From positions 1-46,914 of the forward strand of contig JAYEKO010000047.1 of assembly GCA_034661055.1 (NCBI GenBank): a stretch of DNA of 46,914 nucleotides. Reading direction: 5' to 3'. Made by a program: the position numbers and the translations under genes. Under the pieces are notes generated by a model that worked only from the letters and a program-made list of their open reading frames with translations, ran no database searches and was not told where the DNA came from. Of this stretch, positions 9,017 through 20,090 are shown one piece after another. How positions within the stretch are numbered: the stretch's first letter is position 1; each line of letters begins with the position of its first letter. The stretch comes from Campylobacterota bacterium (GTDB lineage: Bacteria; Campylobacterota; Campylobacteria; Campylobacterales; Sulfurimonadaceae).

Positions 9017-10564
9017 CTATTTTACTAGCGTTGGCTCTATGCAATTTCTTCCGCTATTTTTTGCATCATAGAGACGTTCATCTGCTGACTGCATTGTAGC
9101 TTTAATAGATTGAAATGCTTTACGTTCAGCCGCTCCTCCACTTGCTGTCACTTTAATGTGCTGTTTTTTGTACATTAACTTTGTGTGCTCAAGAGTACTG
9201 CGCACCTTATTTCCAAATTTTAGAGCTCCATCCAGACCTGTATCACTTAAAATTGCTACAAACTCTTCACCACCGTATCGGCCTACGACATCAACAGTAC
9301 GACATAGCTTCTTAAGAATTTTGGCAAAAGCCGCAAGAACCGCATCCCCTGCATCATGCCCGTAAGTGTCATTTACCGCTTTAAAAAAGTCTAAATCAAA
9401 CATTACTATTGAGTAGTTACGACCATACCGTTCATACTCACCCTCTTTAATTTTTAACTGTTCATCTATGGCACGCTTGTTGTAAAGTTTTGTTAAAAAA
9501 TCTTCACGTGACGCTCTCTGTGCTGCTAGTAGTTCTGCTTCTAAATGGGCAACCTTATCGCTTAAAGCTCCCACTTTTCTATTATGGACTTTTAGATCTT
9601 GACTGAGATGAGATGTCTTCTCTTCAAGAGTAAGTGCAATAGTAAGTAACTTTTTATGTGCCGATTTAAAATCAATCTTTTTATCTTCATCAAAATGCTC
9701 AAGATCTTTTTTAATTTTTGAAAGCTCAATGGATGAACTATCACTTTTTTCAATAAGGTCAATTAACTGAAGTGAGAGCTTATCTAGTACCTCATCAAGC
9801 GTCATCATCATATCTTTTACGCTGGCTTTATCAAGGGTGATACGAAGCTTAATTGCCTCTTTTATCTCTTCATACATACTTTGTGATGTTAAAAGCGATG
9901 AGTTTATACGTAAAGAGTCTGAAACATCAGCTAACTCATCATTAACACCAGAAGCAATTGAAGGTGCCAAAGAAGCAATTAAGAGCGTAGCTACTTTATC
10001 CATACCTTGCAACTCAACACCTTCTCCCACTTTTTTACCCAAGCCATTAAGAGTCTTATTTAAATCCTCAGGATATACCGTTGTGTAAGATGATAATTTT
10101 TTTAAAATAGTATTATCATAGACTGTTAAAAAATCCATCCATTTTTTTCGCAGTTCATCTAGTGTCTCTGGGTTATTCTGCTTCTTTAGCGCCATTAATG
10201 TCTTTTTAGAAAGTGTGGCAGCGTTACTGTTATGAAGTACTTCTACAGACTGCAAAACCCTCTTTAAAAGCGCACTGTTAGATTCAAGAAGATTAGCACA
10301 CTCTGTTGGATTCATCCGGTTAATTTTGGAGATTAAAAAACGAATAAGCTCTTGTGTTGTCTTAACACGATACTGCTTAATCTCATTTTGATAGCTGCTG
10401 TCCAATGAACTAGCATACTTATCAACCTGATTACAGTCATCTGTCAACATTCCCGCTTTTTTAGCTTCTATACAGAATGCTTCAGCATAAAAGTCTGGTG
10501 TTAAAAGCTTGCCTTCACTACGAAGTCTCTCAATCGATTTTTTAATAATATCATGTACTGTCAT
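9017..10564 (-). CDS. Cytoplasmic diguanylate cyclase (helical N-terminus + GGDEF)
   Basis: DFLTKLYN, DLDFFKAVNDTYGHDAGD, RTVD I-site, RYGGEEF. Confidence 0.93.
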   Translation of the reverse strand: MTVHDIIKKSIERLRSEGKLLTPDFYAEAFCIEAKKAGMLTDDCNQVDKYASSLDSSYQNEIKQYRVKTTQELIRFLISKINRMNPTECANLLESNSALLKRVLQSVEVLHNSNAATLSKKTLMALKKQNNPETLDELRKKWMDFLTVYDNTILKKLSSYTTVYPEDLNKTLNGLGKKVGEGVELQGMDKVATLLIASLAPSIASGVNDELADVSDSLRINSSLLTSQSMYEEIKEAIKLRITLDKASVKDMMMTLDEVLDKLSLQLIDLIEKSDSSSIELSKIKKDLEHFDEDKKIDFKSAHKKLLTIALTLEEKTSHLSQDLKVHNRKVGALSDKVAHLEAELLAAQRASREDFLTKLYNKRAIDEQLKIKEGEYERYGRNYSIVMFDLDFFKAVNDTYGHDAGDAVLAAFAKILKKLCRTVDVVGRYGGEEFVAILSDTGLDGALKFGNKVRSTLEHTKLMYKKQHIKVTASGGAAERKAFQSIKATMQSADERLYDAKNSGRNCIEPTLVK

Positions 10565-11070
10565 TTCTTCTCTCTTGTAAAGGTTTCAGATGAAACTTGA
10601 GCTAAAAACCCATCAATGGCTTTTTGTGCTCCATTTCTTATGGCCTCAAAACGTGCTTGTTCTGAGATGATTGCGTTAGCGCGAAGACTAAAGTCATAGC
10701 TTCCTCTTGAGAGGTAGGTCTTTGAAATATCACCTGTTGTACGTAAAATCTGCATAAATATATCGGTCTGATAAGCAGTAACATAGCCATTAGTATCATA
10801 TTTAAGTGGCTTAAATGTAATATCACTAATAGTAATAGCTAGATGGGTAACTGACTCACTTTTATCACAAAGTTGACTTTTAAACCTTGTAATCACAGCA
10901 GTATCTACAGCATCTTTAATAATTACTGCATTTTCAGGATCGTGCAAAGAGACATAGACCTGAGTGCTGACCTTATTACCAATAACACTTTGAGCGTAGT
11001 GCGATGCCATCTTATATCCACACCCGGTAAATATAACAACAAGCATCAAAACACTAACAATAGTACGCAT
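10561..11070 (-). CDS. lptE: LPS assembly lipoprotein LptE family
   Basis: Lipobox IFTGC followed by GY; directly downstream of leuS, its usual location. Confidence 0.82.
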   Translation of the reverse strand: MRTIVSVLMLVVIFTGCGYKMASHYAQSVIGNKVSTQVYVSLHDPENAVIIKDAVDTAVITRFKSQLCDKSESVTHLAITISDITFKPLKYDTNGYVTAYQTDIFMQILRTTGDISKTYLSRGSYDFSLRANAIISEQARFEAIRNGAQKAIDGFLAQVSSETFTREKK

Positions 11071-11071
11071 T

Positions 11072-13522
11072 TTAGCCCTTGACTACAATATTAATAAGCT
11101 TGTTTGGCACAAGAATCTCTTTAACAATATCTTTGCCATCAATCCACTTCGACAGTGCCTCTTTAGCCAATGCAATTATCTCTTCTTTAGAGTCATTAAC
11201 TCCCACCTCAATTTCAGAGCGACGCTTTCCATTTACTGAAAGTCCAAGTGTAATTGAGTCAACTTCAAACACCTCTTTTAAAACAGTGTTACTAATTAAG
11301 TTTTTTCTTTTAAAGAGTGCATCACTTAACTCCCAACATATATGAGGAGTGATCGGTTCCATAATGGAGAGTAAAATCCAATACCCCTCACTCCAGACCT
11401 GCTCATTTTTCTGTTCATTAAGCGCATTCATCGCTTCCATAACACCAGCAATCATCGTATTAAATGTATAACGCTCTGCATAAACTTCTTTGGCACGCTG
11501 CAGGGCTTCATACACTTTTTTACGAGCATATTTCTCTTCTTTATTTAAACTTCCATGATCAATTACATGTAAATTTTCTGTTGGTGTCACATTAGAGCTA
11601 CGGTCATAAAAACGTTTTAAGAAACGGTATGCCCCCTCAACTGCGCTATCATTCCACTCAAGCTCTTGTGTCGGTGGTGCTGCAAAAAGAATAAAAAGTC
11701 GTGCAGTATCCGCACCATATTTCTCAATCAAAGCGTCAGGATCAACTGTGTTACCTTTAGACTTACTCATCTTGGTACCATCTTTAAGTACCATTCCTTG
11801 AGTTAGCAGTCTATCAAACGGTTCATCAAAATCTAAATAGCCTAAATCTCTAAAGACTTTGGTAAAAAAACGTGCATAGAGCAGATGTAAAATTGCATGT
11901 TCAATTCCACCAATGTAGTGATCAACCCCCATCCAGTATTGTAACTGCTCTGCTGAAAATGCTTCATCTTCCCAGTTAGCTTTTGAAGCACAAAAACGTA
12001 AAAAGTACCAGCTAGACTCTACAAAAGTATCCATCGTATCTGTTTCACGAATAGCATCTTTTCCACACTGTGGGCATTTGCAGTGCTTCCATGTCGGATG
12101 ATTCTCAAGTGGGTTCCCCTCACCTGTAATCTCAACATCATCAGGTAGTGCAATAGGCAAATTCTCTTTTTTCTCCATCACCAGACCACAATCATCACAG
12201 TGAATAAATGGAATTGGTGCTCCCCAGTAACGTTGACGTGAAACACCCCAATCTTTTAATTTGTAGTTGGTAACACGTTGTCCAATTTTCTCTGATTCAA
12301 AGTACTCAATAATCTCTGCTTGAGCTTTTTGCGAATTAAGTCCATTAAACTGTTCAGAATTGAAAAGCTCTCCTACCTCTGTAAAAGCAGCATCTTCAGG
12401 TAGCTCATCTTTAAAAGGTTTAATCACAGGATTTACATGTAAATCGTACTGCTTAGCAAAGTCATAATCTCTCTCATCGTGGGCAGGAACAGCCATAACC
12501 GCACCACTTCCATAATCCATTAAAACAAAATTTGCAATCCATACTGGAATACTCTTTTTAGTTAGCGGGTGAATTACATGTAAATCCAGTGTAATTCCAC
12601 TCTTGGTTTTTTGCCTATCAATAGAAGAACTATTTTTCATGCTCTTAATTTCAGAGATGGTATTTTCATCTAAAAGCTTATTGTCTATCATGTACGTAAC
12701 AATCTCATGCTCAGGAGCAAGTGCTGCATAGCTTACACCATAGATTGTATCTGGTCTTGTCGTAAAGACATCAAAGCTTTTAAAAGTACTCTTTAACTTA
12801 CTTAGACTTGCATCATCAAAATATAGGTCAAACTCCAAGCCATTAGATTTACCAATCCAGTTATCTTGCATAGTAATAACCTGTTTTGGCCAACCACCCT
12901 CTAACTTACTCAAATCTGCTAAAAGCTCATCTGAATAATCAGTAATTTTAAAGTAGTACTGATTCATGTCTTTTTTAACAATTGGTGTATCACATCGCCA
13001 ACAGCAGCCATCAACTACTTGTTCATTTGCTAAAACGGTCTGATCATGAGGGCACCAATTTAGTAGCCCTTTTTTACGGTACATTAGACCTTTATTGAAC
13101 ATGTCAATAATAAACGCTTGTTCAAATTTAGTGTAGAGTTTATCTGAGGTTGCAAGTTCACGCTCTTTTGAAAACGAAAAACCAAGCGTTTTAAACTCGC
13201 CTTTCATGTAATCAATATTGTCGTATGTCCACCCTTTTGGATGGGAACCATTTTTAATGGCTGCATTTTCTGCAGGCATTCCAAAACTATCAAAACCAAT
13301 AGGATGCAGGACATTCTTACCCTCTTGTCGGTAATGGCGTGCAAAAGCATCACTTAAAGCGTAATTTCTCACATGTCCCATATGCAGTCTTCCGCTTGGA
13401 AATGGAAACATACTTAAAATATATTTTTTATCTTTAGAAAAATCTTCTGATGGCTCAAAACTTCTGTTTTCTTCCCAAAAGTATTGCCACTTCTTCTCAA
13501 TCTCTGATGGATTGTACTGCAA
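11072..13522 (-). CDS. leuS: Leucine--tRNA ligase
   Basis: [11 protein letters not shown] (HIGH), TTRPDT, KMSKS. Likely start TTG 13522 after AGGAG; the ORF track gives 13528. Confidence 0.98.
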   Translation of the reverse strand: MQYNPSEIEKKWQYFWEENRSFEPSEDFSKDKKYILSMFPFPSGRLHMGHVRNYALSDAFARHYRQEGKNVLHPIGFDSFGMPAENAAIKNGSHPKGWTYDNIDYMKGEFKTLGFSFSKERELATSDKLYTKFEQAFIIDMFNKGLMYRKKGLLNWCPHDQTVLANEQVVDGCCWRCDTPIVKKDMNQYYFKITDYSDELLADLSKLEGGWPKQVITMQDNWIGKSNGLEFDLYFDDASLSKLKSTFKSFDVFTTRPDTIYGVSYAALAPEHEIVTYMIDNKLLDENTISEIKSMKNSSSIDRQKTKSGITLDLHVIHPLTKKSIPVWIANFVLMDYGSGAVMAVPAHDERDYDFAKQYDLHVNPVIKPFKDELPEDAAFTEVGELFNSEQFNGLNSQKAQAEIIEYFESEKIGQRVTNYKLKDWGVSRQRYWGAPIPFIHCDDCGLVMEKKENLPIALPDDVEITGEGNPLENHPTWKHCKCPQCGKDAIRETDTMDTFVESSWYFLRFCASKANWEDEAFSAEQLQYWMGVDHYIGGIEHAILHLLYARFFTKVFRDLGYLDFDEPFDRLLTQGMVLKDGTKMSKSKGNTVDPDALIEKYGADTARLFILFAAPPTQELEWNDSAVEGAYRFLKRFYDRSSNVTPTENLHVIDHGSLNKEEKYARKKVYEALQRAKEVYAERYTFNTMIAGVMEAMNALNEQKNEQVWSEGYWILLSIMEPITPHICWELSDALFKRKNLISNTVLKEVFEVDSITLGLSVNGKRRSEIEVGVNDSKEEIIALAKEALSKWIDGKDIVKEILVPNKLINIVVKG

Positions 13523-13530
13523 TGTCACTC

Positions 13531-13869
13531 CTAATACTCGTCTCTAGTTTTTGAACTTTCAATAAGAACTAATCCTAATGAGAACAGGTTGGCAATTAAT
13601 GCACCAATTACTAACGCAATTGCCCACTCTATTTCACCAACTACCTCTAAATAGATAAATGCTGGAATGAGGTGCAAATCAGCTACCAATGAACTTGCAA
13701 GAAGCTCTGCTGAAAGTAAATTTCGTACACCAATTTTAAGAAATGTTGATACTAAGTTCAGACTTGCTGCTGCAAAGAGTGAAATAGCACTGTGCTCATA
13801 CAAAAAAGCCGCTGTCGATGTTAAACTCATAAGTGAGAAAAACACGTATATTACTTTACCCCAATCCAT
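13531..13869 (-). CDS. DUF6394-like membrane protein
   Basis: MDWGKV...[11 protein letters not shown], hydrophobic; usual secF-leuS position in Campylobacterota. Confidence 0.75.
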   Translation of the reverse strand: MDWGKVIYVFFSLMSLTSTAAFLYEHSAISLFAAASLNLVSTFLKIGVRNLLSAELLASSLVADLHLIPAFIYLEVVGEIEWAIALVIGALIANLFSLGLVLIESSKTRDEY

Positions 13870-13888
13870 AATTAACTCCTATCTATTT

Positions 13889-14860
13889 TTATACAGTACC
13901 CTGTTCGTACTGTGCTCTCATTTTATCTTTTTCCGCTGCTAGTTTTGCTTTTTGGGCTAAACGTGATCGGTAAAGCTTAATGTCAAATCCAAAGAGCATC
14001 AACACCGGTGATGCTACGAAGATTGAACTGTAGGTACCTACAATAATACCAACAAGCATTGTAAATGCAAATGCATGAATGATCTCACCACCAAACAAGA
14101 AAAGCGTCAATACAACAAAGAATGTTGTTAATGAGGTAAGTGTTGTACGAGCAAGAGTTTTTGTTATCGACTCATTAATGACCTCGCCAAGGTCAGTGCT
14201 TTTAGATGTAGTAATTCCCTCACGAATACGGTCAAAGACAATAATTGTATCATTTAAGGAGTACCCTAAAATAGTAAGTAGAGCAGCTAAAACATCTAAG
14301 TTCACGTCAATTGCAAAAAGTGAAATCATCCCTAAAGCAATTGAAACATCATGCACTAATGCAACAACTGAAGCCACTGCAAAGCGCCACTCAAATCGAA
14401 ACGCTACATACATCAAGATTCCTGCTACTGCAAGAAGCATTGACATAATTCCCTTCTCTTTAAGCTCATTTCCTACTTTTGGACCAACCATATCTACACG
14501 GCGAATCTCAAAATCACCAGTACCTGCAAGTGCACTTTTTGCCTGATCACCAATATCATTAGCAACATTTTTAGATGATGATTTTAGACGCACAATCACC
14601 TCGTCAGGTGAACCAAACTCTGTAATCGTTGCATTGGCGAACAGTTCAGTATCTTTAAGCTTGGTCCGCATTGCATCAATTGGAGCATCACCGCTATATT
14701 TTACTTGAACAATAGTACCACCAGCAAAGTCAACACCATAGTTAAGACCCTTTGTCGAAAGTAGCGCATATGAAGCTAGAACTAACGCAATAGAGATAAC
14801 CATTGCAATTTTTGATGATCCCATAAAATTATAGGTTTTGGTATATTTAAACAGTTCCAT
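13889..14860 (-). CDS. secF: Protein translocase subunit SecF
   Basis: GVDFAGG, VGPKVG, GYSLNDTIIVFDRIRE, GTYSSIF. Confidence 0.97.
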   Translation of the reverse strand: MELFKYTKTYNFMGSSKIAMVISIALVLASYALLSTKGLNYGVDFAGGTIVQVKYSGDAPIDAMRTKLKDTELFANATITEFGSPDEVIVRLKSSSKNVANDIGDQAKSALAGTGDFEIRRVDMVGPKVGNELKEKGIMSMLLAVAGILMYVAFRFEWRFAVASVVALVHDVSIALGMISLFAIDVNLDVLAALLTILGYSLNDTIIVFDRIREGITTSKSTDLGEVINESITKTLARTTLTSLTTFFVVLTLFLFGGEIIHAFAFTMLVGIIVGTYSSIFVASPVLMLFGFDIKLYRSRLAQKAKLAAEKDKMRAQYEQGTV

Positions 14861-16431
14861 TATTTCACTTCCTTAATACCAAACCAGCTATTGAGGTTCT
14901 TATTTTTAGTAATTCGAGACTCTAGCATCTCATAAATTCCATGTGTTCCTAAAATAGCCGTTAACATTGAGGCTAAAATACCAATACTAATAGTAATAGC
15001 AAACCCTTTAATAGCACCCGTTCCATAAGCATAAAGAACTACCGCTGCAATAAGTGTTGTGATATTTGCATCTAAAATTGCGCGCATCGCATTATTGTAC
15101 CCCTGTTCAATCGCTTTATGAATTGAGACACCTTGATACAAGAGTTCACGAATACGTTCCGATATAATAACATTGGCATCAACTGCCATACCAACCGTAA
15201 GGACAATTCCGGCCATACCTGGTAGTGTCAATGTTGCACCAAAAAGTGCCATGACTGCTAAAATAATAAACAGGTTTGCAATCAGTGCAATATTGGCAAC
15301 AATTCCTGCTCTTTTATAGTAAAAAACCATAAAGAAGATAACTAGCATGAAACCACCAAGAAGTGCTATCATACTAGCTTTAATGCTATCTGCACCCAAA
15401 CTTGGTCCAACAGAACGTTTTTCCATAACATAGATAGGAGCAAGAATAGCTCCAGAACGTAATGCAATTGCTAAATCCTGTGCCTCCATAACCGTATAAT
15501 TTCCACTAATCTGGCCACTACCACCACCAATTCTTTCATTAATATTAGGTGCTGAATAGACCTTTCCATCCAGTACAATTGCTAGACGTTTTCCAACACT
15601 TTTACCTGTAAAGTCTCCAAAAACTTGAGCACCTTCTGAATTTAATGTAAAATTAATCACTGGACGATTGTTCTGATCAAACCCTACATTAGCATTAGTA
15701 AGCATCGAACCATCTAAGATCGGAATCTCATTAACCAAATACTTAATCTCAGGTCGTGCATTATCTGGTAAAATCAAGTCACCATAACGAGCAGCCTCTC
15801 TCTCATCCATTTTGTCAACACGAGCGGCACGCTCCTCATCAACTGCCATTAACTCAAGCTTTGCAGCACGCGAGATAAGCTCACGGGCACGCTTCTCATC
15901 TTCTTGGTTTTTAATACCAGGAAGCTGCACCAAGATCTTCTCTTCACCTTGACGAGCCACGGTAGGTTCAGCCAAACCAAACTGATCGAGTCGGTTACGA
16001 ATAACCTCAATCGCCTGATCAATAGCCTGCTTTTGTGTTAAAATAACATTTTCAGGAGTTAATGAGATGGAATAGTTGAGTCCATTTTGATTAACAGCAA
16101 TGCCCTCAATCTCTTTTAAAAACTCTTGAACTAACATACCGTCATCTTCATCTAAAAGAATGATTTTTACTGCTTCATCATGAACACTTAACTCTTCAAG
16201 AAGAATCTCTTTTTTTTCAGAGTAGTGCTTTAAGCTTGATGCTAATGATTTCATTTTTGAAGTGACGGCTTCTTCAGTTTTAACACCTAGAAGCATATGC
16301 AGTCCACCTTGAAGGTCAAGTCCTAAATTTACCTTTGCACCCTCTTTCATCTGAAGAAGTGATGGAGCGGAGAAGACCACCCCAAAAATAATGGCAAAAG
16401 CAAATATTACTAATCGAAAATTAAGCTTCAT
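14860..16431 (-). CDS. secD: Protein translocase subunit SecD
   Basis: LGLDLQGG, VGPSLG, GMAVDANVIISERIRE. Likely start at MKLNF (16431). Confidence 0.97.
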   Translation of the reverse strand: MKLNFRLVIFAFAIIFGVVFSAPSLLQMKEGAKVNLGLDLQGGLHMLLGVKTEEAVTSKMKSLASSLKHYSEKKEILLEELSVHDEAVKIILLDEDDGMLVQEFLKEIEGIAVNQNGLNYSISLTPENVILTQKQAIDQAIEVIRNRLDQFGLAEPTVARQGEEKILVQLPGIKNQEDEKRARELISRAAKLELMAVDEERAARVDKMDEREAARYGDLILPDNARPEIKYLVNEIPILDGSMLTNANVGFDQNNRPVINFTLNSEGAQVFGDFTGKSVGKRLAIVLDGKVYSAPNINERIGGGSGQISGNYTVMEAQDLAIALRSGAILAPIYVMEKRSVGPSLGADSIKASMIALLGGFMLVIFFMVFYYKRAGIVANIALIANLFIILAVMALFGATLTLPGMAGIVLTVGMAVDANVIISERIRELLYQGVSIHKAIEQGYNNAMRAILDANITTLIAAVVLYAYGTGAIKGFAITISIGILASMLTAILGTHGIYEMLESRITKNKNLNSWFGIKEVK

Positions 16432-16687
16432 CCCCATACTTTCTGTTAACAGCATCTTTAACAATCTTAACTTCTGTTGCATCGTTCATCTTGACAACAA
16501 AAAACTCTTCATCTACTTTTTTAACTTCTGCAATAACACCACCTATGGTAACAATCTTATCGCCTTTTTTAAGGTCATTAATCATCTCCTGATGCTTCTT
16601 TTGCTGCTGCTGTTGCGGTCGAATAATTATGAAATACATAATCGCCAATAAAATAATAAACGGGAATAGCTGTGCTAAAATTTCCAT
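16421..16687 (-). CDS. yajC: Preprotein translocase subunit YajC
   Basis: YFIIIRPQQ...LKKGDKIVTIGG. Start ATG 16687 after AAGGA. Confidence 0.95.
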   Translation of the reverse strand: MEILAQLFPFIILLAIMYFIIIRPQQQQQKKHQEMINDLKKGDKIVTIGGVIAEVKKVDEEFFVVKMNDATEVKIVKDAVNRKYGDEA

Positions 16688-16718
16688 TGTTGTACTGTCC
16701 TTGTATAAAATTCTTTGC

Positions 16719-16752
16719 ATTATACTCAAAGAAGAGTTAAAAAAAGTATAAT
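16719..16752. promoter_or_regulatory. Back-to-back sigma70 -10 boxes for the yajC operon (minus) and lnt (plus)
   Basis: ATTATA at 16719-16724 (TATAAT on minus) and TATAAT at 16747-16752. Confidence 0.6.
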
Positions 16753-16759
16753 ACGTTTT

Positions 16760-17995
16760 ATGCAAGCAACTATTAACCGATTTTACACACTATCACAACT
16801 CTCAAAAGATATATTGTTAGCTTTAACAACAGCCCTACTCTTTTCACTTTTTTTATACTTAGAATATTTTGGATTTACTCTAAACATTGTCAATACCATC
16901 TCAGGACTTTTAGCACTTAGTCTGCTTTTACATATTAATCGAAGAACCCTTTTTATTGCTGGTTTCTTCATTGGTCTGTTATGGTTTTACTGGATTGGCT
17001 ACAGCTTTAAATATTATAATGTTGCATGGATGGTTCCTGTAGTTACTATCGGATTTGGTTTTGTTTATGCACTTTTTTTTGGTCTTGTATCTCTTAGTAA
17101 AAACCTTGCTGTTCGTGCTTTAATTCTCTTTACCCTCAGCTTTTTTGAACCCGTTGACTTTAACTGGATGCAGTTGGAACTTCTCTTTGTTAACAGCCAT
17201 TTTGGTATTTTAAAATGGCAATTTGCCTCTATTCTTGCTGGATTGGTTCTCTTTTTTACATGTAAATCAAAATGGCGTTACACTGCACTATTCTTACTTT
17301 TTTCAGCGCTTCCATTTAACTCTGTAGAAAAAATTGAGCCACCTTTAAATATTAAACTTGTCTCAATGGAACTTCCACAAGAGTTAAAATGGAAACCCCA
17401 TATGCGTCAAAAAATACTAAATTACAATTTTGACGCCATCAAGAGTGCTATTAAAAAGGACTACGATATTGTTGTACTAAGTGAATCTGCATTTCCTCTC
17501 TTTTTAAATTATGAACCTGCTCTTATAGAGACTCTTAAAATGTATTCCAAAGAGATTGTTATTGTAACGGGGGCTTTAGAACAGGATGATGGACATAACT
17601 ACAATGTCACATATCTGTTCAATAATGAGAACATGCAAGTTGCTCGAAAAATGGTATTGGTTCCTTTTGGAGAGTACATTCCACTGCCAAAATTCATGCG
17701 TGAGTATGTTAATAAGACTTTTTTTGATGGAGCGAGTGACTACATTAGTTCTGACAAGCCTACCGACTTTGTGATTAAAGGCATTTCATTTCGTAATGCA
17801 GTCTGCTACGAAGCGACCTGCGAAGAGCTTTATGAAGATGATCCAAAATATCTCATTGCCATAAGCAATAATGCTTGGTTTATGCCGTCAATTGAACCGA
17901 CACTACAAAAACTCTTAATGCAATTTTATGCTCGTAAACATAACAGCATCATTTTTCATGCTGCTAATATGGCGGGGACTGGAATAGTAAAATAG
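16760..17995 (+). CDS. lnt: Apolipoprotein N-acyltransferase
   Basis: Multiple TMs, then nitrilase-fold motifs LSESA, KMVLVPFGEY, VCYE, ISNNAWF. Start placed at ATG 16760. Confidence 0.94.
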   Translation: MQATINRFYTLSQLSKDILLALTTALLFSLFLYLEYFGFTLNIVNTISGLLALSLLLHINRRTLFIAGFFIGLLWFYWIGYSFKYYNVAWMVPVVTIGFGFVYALFFGLVSLSKNLAVRALILFTLSFFEPVDFNWMQLELLFVNSHFGILKWQFASILAGLVLFFTCKSKWRYTALFLLFSALPFNSVEKIEPPLNIKLVSMELPQELKWKPHMRQKILNYNFDAIKSAIKKDYDIVVLSESAFPLFLNYEPALIETLKMYSKEIVIVTGALEQDDGHNYNVTYLFNNENMQVARKMVLVPFGEYIPLPKFMREYVNKTFFDGASDYISSDKPTDFVIKGISFRNAVCYEATCEELYEDDPKYLIAISNNAWFMPSIEPTLQKLLMQFYARKHNSIIFHAANMAGTGIVK

Positions 17996-18156
17996 TTAGT
18001 TAAGCACTGCTTTTCTACTATGACAAAACCATCTCTCTAGTTACCTAATGAAACAGAAGTAAACTGTACCGTTATTAGAGTTCTAAAACATATTATATAT
18101 AAGATAAGTTAAATAGTTTTTGACTATACTTGTTCAGTTTTAATTTAGGAGATTCC

Positions 18157-20001
18157 ATGAAAAAGCTATTTTTTCTTTCTTTAATAATATTTGCAACATT
18201 AACATTTGCAAACAGCCCACTGCAGCGTTCGACAAACTTTAACTCCAGTCACGCTGGTTCTTACACTTTGAGTGAAGTTTTAACTCAAGGTGTGATCATG
18301 ACTAATACATCAGGTTCAACATGGTGTATAAACTATCAAGGGCAACAGCAGTGTGAAACCATTACTGAACTGATGCTTACTATAAGTATAGATGCAAATG
18401 GTAATATGACGATTGCTAGTGATGGCGACAGCCTCTATGCTGGTAGTATTCAAGAGATGAATATTGATGAATACACCTCCTCGCACTCTTTTACATTTAC
18501 TTCTACTAATATGTCCCTCTCTTACAGTGATCAAGAGACATCTGCAACCTTAGTATTTAAAAAAACTGGTGCTGCTGCACCAAGTACGCCTAGTAGTACT
18601 AATGAAGCGCAGACAGATTACACCAAAGAACTACAAGAGCAAGAATATGGTTCCACTGCCAATAAAGCAAAAATCCAAGAGATTAAAACAAAGCTCTTAG
18701 CTACTACTGCTTCAAGTGTAGATGAAGTTGCTGATGGAAACGGTCTTATTGTCACCTACAAAGATGGGTATTCAGGACTTATCTACCATGCACCTCAAGA
18801 CTCAAAGGGTGGTTCAGGAAGTAGCACAATACTCCCATCTAGTTTCATGGAGAAACTTAAAGTTTTTAAACGTGCCGCAACACGTAGTGGAAGTAACAAA
18901 GTACTAGCCATTGCAGCACAATATTGGGACTGGGGATATAATGACGATGTACCGCAGTTAGCGGCAATGTTAAGCGCTAATGGCTTTGATGTAACTTATA
19001 AGAAATACAACAGTCCAAACAGTGGAAGCATCAGTGACTTTCAAAACTGGGGTGACTACGCAATTGTTCTTATCTCAACTCACGGTATTGCACGCGATAC
19101 TCGAAGCAGAACTACAAACAGCATCAATATGGCAGTTGATCTTAATATTGCACCAGATGACAGCTCTGTAAGTGCCGATGATTTAAAACAGAAGCGTCTA
19201 ATTGAGTGGGATAACTGCGGCGAAGATGACAGCTGTCATAAATCACTCTTAGCGACAAACCTTTTCTTTGAAAAATATCTTAGCTCACTTCCTAATACCC
19301 TAGTCTATGTAAGTGCTTGTCATGTAGGAAAAAATAATGCCATGGCGGAGGTTATCTTTGAAAAGGGAGGTCAAACCATGATTGGATACAGTGACTTAGT
19401 TCAAGTGTCCTTTGCCAAAGAAAAAGGTGTTGACATCTTCACAAGATACATTGGCAATGAAAGTCTCGAAAGTATTTTTTCACTGCCTGGAGGCGCTGAC
19501 CTCTCTGAAGGTTACTCAACAGGAATAAAAGAGAGTGACGATACACCGGCAGAGATTGTTGTATATCAAAAAGAGAACGCCAGTTCACAGGTAGTAGATT
19601 ATGAATCGTTTCTCTCTTTAAAAACTTATGACATAGCAGGAAGCTTTGCCGCTTATGACTTTAATGGTGTTGATAAAGCATTTGACTGGGTATTTAGTAC
19701 AAACAACGGTCTAAACTTTCAACTTCAAGGAACAACACCTTCAGCTACAGATGCTTTTGGATGGAAAAAGGTAGATGGTATTACCGGCCTTTCACCGGCA
19801 TGGTACATGTTCCCACTAGGAGACGATATTGATGGTGATGACAGTGAAGCATTTGACTGGATCTTTATCAGTGCCGCTTCAACTACAGGTTCAAAAGCCT
19901 ATAAACTAGCTGGAGCTAAAGCAGATGGTACATTTGAGTATTCTAGTGCTATTAATCTAAACTATACCATCACCAATAACAAGGTCAGCTTCTCAAAATA
20001 A
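18157..20001 (+). CDS. Secreted multidomain protein with putative clan CD (gingipain/caspase-fold) peptidase domain and shared C-terminal domain
   Basis: AGGAG SD then MKKLFFLSLIIFATLTFA signal peptide; VLISTHG and VYVSACH motifs; C-terminal 120 aa homologous to that of 22057..23280. Confidence 0.55.
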   Translation: MKKLFFLSLIIFATLTFANSPLQRSTNFNSSHAGSYTLSEVLTQGVIMTNTSGSTWCINYQGQQQCETITELMLTISIDANGNMTIASDGDSLYAGSIQEMNIDEYTSSHSFTFTSTNMSLSYSDQETSATLVFKKTGAAAPSTPSSTNEAQTDYTKELQEQEYGSTANKAKIQEIKTKLLATTASSVDEVADGNGLIVTYKDGYSGLIYHAPQDSKGGSGSSTILPSSFMEKLKVFKRAATRSGSNKVLAIAAQYWDWGYNDDVPQLAAMLSANGFDVTYKKYNSPNSGSISDFQNWGDYAIVLISTHGIARDTRSRTTNSINMAVDLNIAPDDSSVSADDLKQKRLIEWDNCGEDDSCHKSLLATNLFFEKYLSSLPNTLVYVSACHVGKNNAMAEVIFEKGGQTMIGYSDLVQVSFAKEKGVDIFTRYIGNESLESIFSLPGGADLSEGYSTGIKESDDTPAEIVVYQKENASSQVVDYESFLSLKTYDIAGSFAAYDFNGVDKAFDWVFSTNNGLNFQLQGTTPSATDAFGWKKVDGITGLSPAWYMFPLGDDIDGDDSEAFDWIFISAASTTGSKAYKLAGAKADGTFEYSSAINLNYTITNNKVSFSK

Positions 20002-20003
20002 CG

Positions 20004-20032
20004 TTAAAGCTGAGTTAATTACTCAGCTTTAA
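20004..20032. terminator. Inverted repeat, probable terminator
   Basis: TTAAAGCTGAGT-TAATT-ACTCAGCTTTAA, a perfect 12 bp stem just after the stop at 20001. Confidence 0.75.
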
Positions 20033-20090
20033 GTAATTATATACATATATCTCATTATCATACTAGCAATAACACTCTGGAGAGATAACA

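Noticed and set aside
16600..16620. Poly-Gln run in YajC (PQQQQQKK)
   Set aside because: Mixed CAA/CAG codons in the usual Q/K-rich YajC segment, not a contingency repeat.
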